A DNA stretch of 24,678 bases from a virus. Lineage: Duplodnaviria > Caudoviricetes. Positions within the stretch are counted from its first letter, which is position 1, and the number at the start of each line of letters is the position of its first letter. Shown in pieces: positions 22,143 to 24,678 of this stretch. The notes below the pieces were generated by a model. The model ran no database searches and was not told the origin of the DNA. It saw nothing but the letters and a program-made list of their open reading frames with translations. The stretch covers positions 1 to 24,678 of the IMG/VR virus record IMGVR_UViG_3300046779_000345, one strand, 5' to 3'. A program made the position numbers and the translations under genes.

Positions 22143-24678
22143 TTAGAGATTAACTAGAGCTTCGTAGTCCTTGGTTGCAATTTTCCATTTTTGCAATGCA
22201 GATATAACTTCAGGATTCGATTCCCCTAATTTAGCTTTCATTTCTGTATAAGTCATTCTAGCCTGATCCATTTTAGCAGTTGCTGCCGCAACTAATGCAT
22301 CTCTATTCAGTTGGACGGTGTTAGTTACTACGGTTGCATTCCCGAAGTTGATCGGAGGGATTCTAGTATCTCCCAATAAACTTATTGAAGTTGCTGCCAA
22401 TCCTGATACATTCAATGTATCGGTAGAAGTTGTGGGTAGTCTAATAGTTACTGGTCCATTAGAACTTACCTTCATAATTTCTGCGTTGACTTTAGCATTC
22501 TCGGCAGCAGTCAATTCAGTAGATGCAAGTGATGTTAGAGAAGTATTAGATCCTAATTTTTCTCTTATGGCTGCTACAGCAGTTCCTGCAGCACCTGATG
22601 GATCATTTGCAATTGTTGACATTGCCGCATTATTGATTAAATTTTGTGAGCTTGTTGGTTTCGGCGTACACATATCAACTACTGTATCAAATATGTTTGT
22701 CTCACCCGTTTTAGCAAGTTTAGCAGTCTCAGCCGCAGTTTGTGATGTTTTTAGTTTAGGTTTAAACATTGCATCTTGGGTTGCTTTTGCTTCTTGGCTT
22801 GCAGATAAAATTGGTTCTGATAAGACTTGTGGCTCATTTGCTTTTAATGGCACATATGTAGATTTAATAGTATCAAACATTTCTGTAGGTGACCCAGGAC
22901 CCATAGATACTGTAGCTAACTTAGCTGCCAATTGTCCCCCTGAGATTAAATCAGGAACCGGGTTACTCAATGGGTTCATTACTTCATTTGAGTTTGGAAT
23001 GTTTGTAGTAGATTGTGCGATTTGACCTGATGCAGATTTAATATAATTCAATGTCGGGCCTAATCCAGCAGAGGCTGCACTTAATATCAATCCACTAGTT
23101 TCAGTTGGGTTTTCATTACCAGTTATTACTCCAGCAGAAATTAAAGAATTCTTACTAGCATCCAATAATGAAGAAGCCGCTGCCACTTGTATGTCTGTTC
23201 TTGATGTGATTTGTGATACTGAATTAACACCATCTTTACCAGTCAACATTGCAGGTGGAATAGCCTGTTCGATTGTTTTACCTGATTGTATAGCTGCATT
23301 GATTGCTACATCTGATCCTGGTTTTAAGAATCCACTCTTAACAAGTTGTGCAACACTAAGACCTAGAATACCCAATGATGCAATTTTCTTTCCATTCTCA
23401 CTAACAATACCGAATGTTTCCATTGCAATATTTTTAATTTTACTAAATGCAGTATTCAGTGATAATTGAGAAATCAATGATCCTTTAATTGATTTACTTA
23501 CCGCTGATGGTGTAGTAGCTAGTTTTCTAGCTGTTTCTGTTGCTTTATCTACTGATGCTTTGGCTTTGGATAATCCTGCTGCAGGTGAATTTACTTTTGC
23601 TGTCGTAGGTACTGCAGGAACAGTAGAAGCCAATGTAGTACTGGTTGGTGATTTGGGCATCGGGCCAACACTATCGTTAACTTCTTTGACTCCTTCACTT
23701 GCTTCTTCTGGTAAATTAGATTCTGTTGAAAGATCACTTTCAACATTAACACCTTTATTTGCTTCTGACCATGGCGTATGTGCAGGTGCTCTAGATGTTA
23801 TACTTTCTAGTTTACCTGGAGCTGGTGAGTAACCAGTAGTTGGATCACTCAATGTATCAGAATGAGCAATTATAGGCAATGCTTCAACTGCTTTTGGTTT
23901 TATTGATGTTGACCCTGTATTTAAATTTACAGCAGATGGTCCATTAACATAAGCAGTATCAGCACTTGCGAGACTTGCAGGACCCTGTGATTCAATACTT
24001 GCGCCACCATCAACTTTTGTAGTGTGGTCACCCTTAGTATCGTTTTTAAAATCTGTTCCTACTTTTTGTGTCATCTCCTCAGAAGTTTCCATTCTGAGAT
24101 TAGTTGCAGAAATATTTAAATCATTAACTGCATGGATGTTGATGTTATTATCAGCATGTAGGTTAAGATCACCTTGTGTTCTAATATTAACTGAGTTAGT
24201 AGAGTACATGTCGATTGTACCTTCTTTGCCCAACTCAATATAACTTTGCCCATTAGCATGAATAATGAATAATGTTTCTGCTGAATCATTCATTAATATT
24301 TGATGTCCGGTAGCAGTACGCAAACGTATTAATTGGTCTTTACCAGTTAAATCACCGTCATCCATTACAAAAGAATGTCCGCCTCTACGACCGACTACTT
24401 GGAAGTTCTTATTTGGTATATTGTTATCTTGTACTGCCGAACCAATTGATTCGTCATCATATCCACCTTGATAGATAGGACGACCTGGCGTACTCATACC
24501 GAATACTCTACTAGGACTTTCTCGTACACTACTGCTACTGATAGGACCTCTATCAGGATCTCTTAGTAAGCCCTGTTTAAACATCATAGCTGCTTGATAG
24601 CTATGTATAGGTCTAGGTTGATTTGTTAGATTTGTGTTGTTTTCCTGTTTATCATTTGCATTATTAATTTCAGATACA
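22143..24678 (-). CDS. Baseplate hub/central spike protein, gp5/VgrG-like, with a long C-terminal extension (5' end outside the window)
   Basis: The frame stays open beyond the listed ATG (24587) to the window edge (VSEINNANDKQENNTNLTNQPRPIHSYQAAMMFKQG). GHSFVMDD...IRLRTATGHQILMND...IIHANGQSYIELGKEGTIDMYS followed by short beta-helix-like repeats is typical of gp5/VgrG spikes. Adjacent to the gp25-like gene. Confidence 0.8.
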   Translation of the reverse strand, partial: VSEINNANDKQENNTNLTNQPRPIHSYQAAMMFKQGLLRDPDRGPISSSSVRESPSRVFGMSTPGRPIYQGGYDDESIGSAVQDNNIPNKNFQVVGRRGGHSFVMDDGDLTGKDQLIRLRTATGHQILMNDSAETLFIIHANGQSYIELGKEGTIDMYSTNSVNIRTQGDLNLHADNNINIHAVNDLNISATNLRMETSEEMTQKVGTDFKNDTKGDHTTKVDGGASIESQGPASLASADTAYVNGPSAVNLNTGSTSIKPKAVEALPIIAHSDTLSDPTTGYSPAPGKLESITSRAPAHTPWSEANKGVNVESDLSTESNLPEEASEGVKEVNDSVGPMPKSPTSTTLASTVPAVPTTAKVNSPAAGLSKAKASVDKATETARKLATTPSAVSKSIKGSLISQLSLNTAFSKIKNIAMETFGIVSENGKKIASLGILGLSVAQLVKSGFLKPGSDVAINAAIQSGKTIEQAIPPAMLTGKDGVNSVSQITSRTDIQVAAASSLLDASKNSLISAGVITGNENPTETSGLILSAASAGLGPTLNYIKSASGQIAQSTTNIPNSNEVMNPLSNPVPDLISGGQLAAKLATVSMGPGSPTEMFDTIKSTYVPLKANEPQVLSEPILSASQEAKATQDAMFKPKLKTSQTAAETAKLAKTGETNIFDTVVDMCTPKPTSSQNLINNAAMSTIANDPSGAAGTAVAAIREKLGSNTSLTSLASTELTAAENAKVNAEIMKVSSNGPVTIRLPTTSTDTLNVSGLAATSISLLGDTRIPPINFGNATVVTNTVQLNRDALVAAATAKMDQARMTYTEMKAKLGESNPEVISALQKWKIATKDYEALVNL

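Noticed and set aside
376-22145. No gene ends in TAG (nine TAA, one TGA), raising possible stop-codon reassignment as in some large phages
   Set aside because: Genes tile the window under the standard code with no in-frame TAG or TGA interruptions, and TAA preference is expected in AT-rich DNA.
3708-22157. Small stems near the other promoter boxes (around 3708-3722, 18253-18270 and 22141-22157)
   Set aside because: Only 4-6 mostly A-U pairs, indistinguishable from chance in AT-rich sequence.
183-24243. Many plus-strand ORFs of 61-235 aa (e.g. 3057-3515, 10184-10582, 22318-23025)
   Set aside because: All lie antisense to long minus-strand genes, many in the mirror frame with Val/Leu/Pro/Thr-rich shadow composition, and none shows a recognisable motif. 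Codon bias of the real genes explains them.
24585-24587. Listed ATG start of the 814-aa ORF
   Set aside because: The frame is open to the window edge and the expected gp5 N-terminal OB-fold region is missing, so the true start is upstream of the window.
1-24678. CRISPR array, tRNA, intron/intein, DGR template-variable repeat pair or invertible fibre cassette
   Set aside because: No intergenic gap exceeds about 50 nt. By eye I saw no long nucleotide repeats and no reverse transcriptase, recombinase or splicing motifs; a self dot-plot would be needed to exclude diverged repeats.

Overview
AT-rich, densely coding segment of a large contractile-tailed (myovirus-type, probably jumbo) phage genome. 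All credible genes are on the minus strand and form one virion-structural block. In transcription order: gp5-like baseplate hub/spike (5'-truncated by the window), gp25-like wedge subunit, gp6-like wedge, a 4571-aa modular protein (seven FG-GAP-like blades, an Asp-box propeller and other repeated modules), a 49-aa micro-gene missed by the ORF track, a 206-aa protein, a fibre-like protein with an ADLAE auto-cleaving chaperone-type C-terminus, a 322-aa Gly/Ser/Thr-rich protein, a 101-aa protein, and two paralogous GT-A glycosyltransferase-like genes (the second runs off the window and is missing from the ORF track). A TAAATA[CG][TA] late-promoter-like motif lies at all six intergenic gaps of 20 nt or more. 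Main leads: (i) two 14-15 bp mRNA hairpins that carry this motif and mask the next gene's ribosome-binding region, suggesting a promoter-dependent translational switch; (ii) glycosyltransferase-like paralogs coupled to the fibre genes, suggesting virion glycosylation; (iii) a micro-protein that copies the N-terminus of its neighbour. Family calls come from motif recognition by eye, not from database searches.
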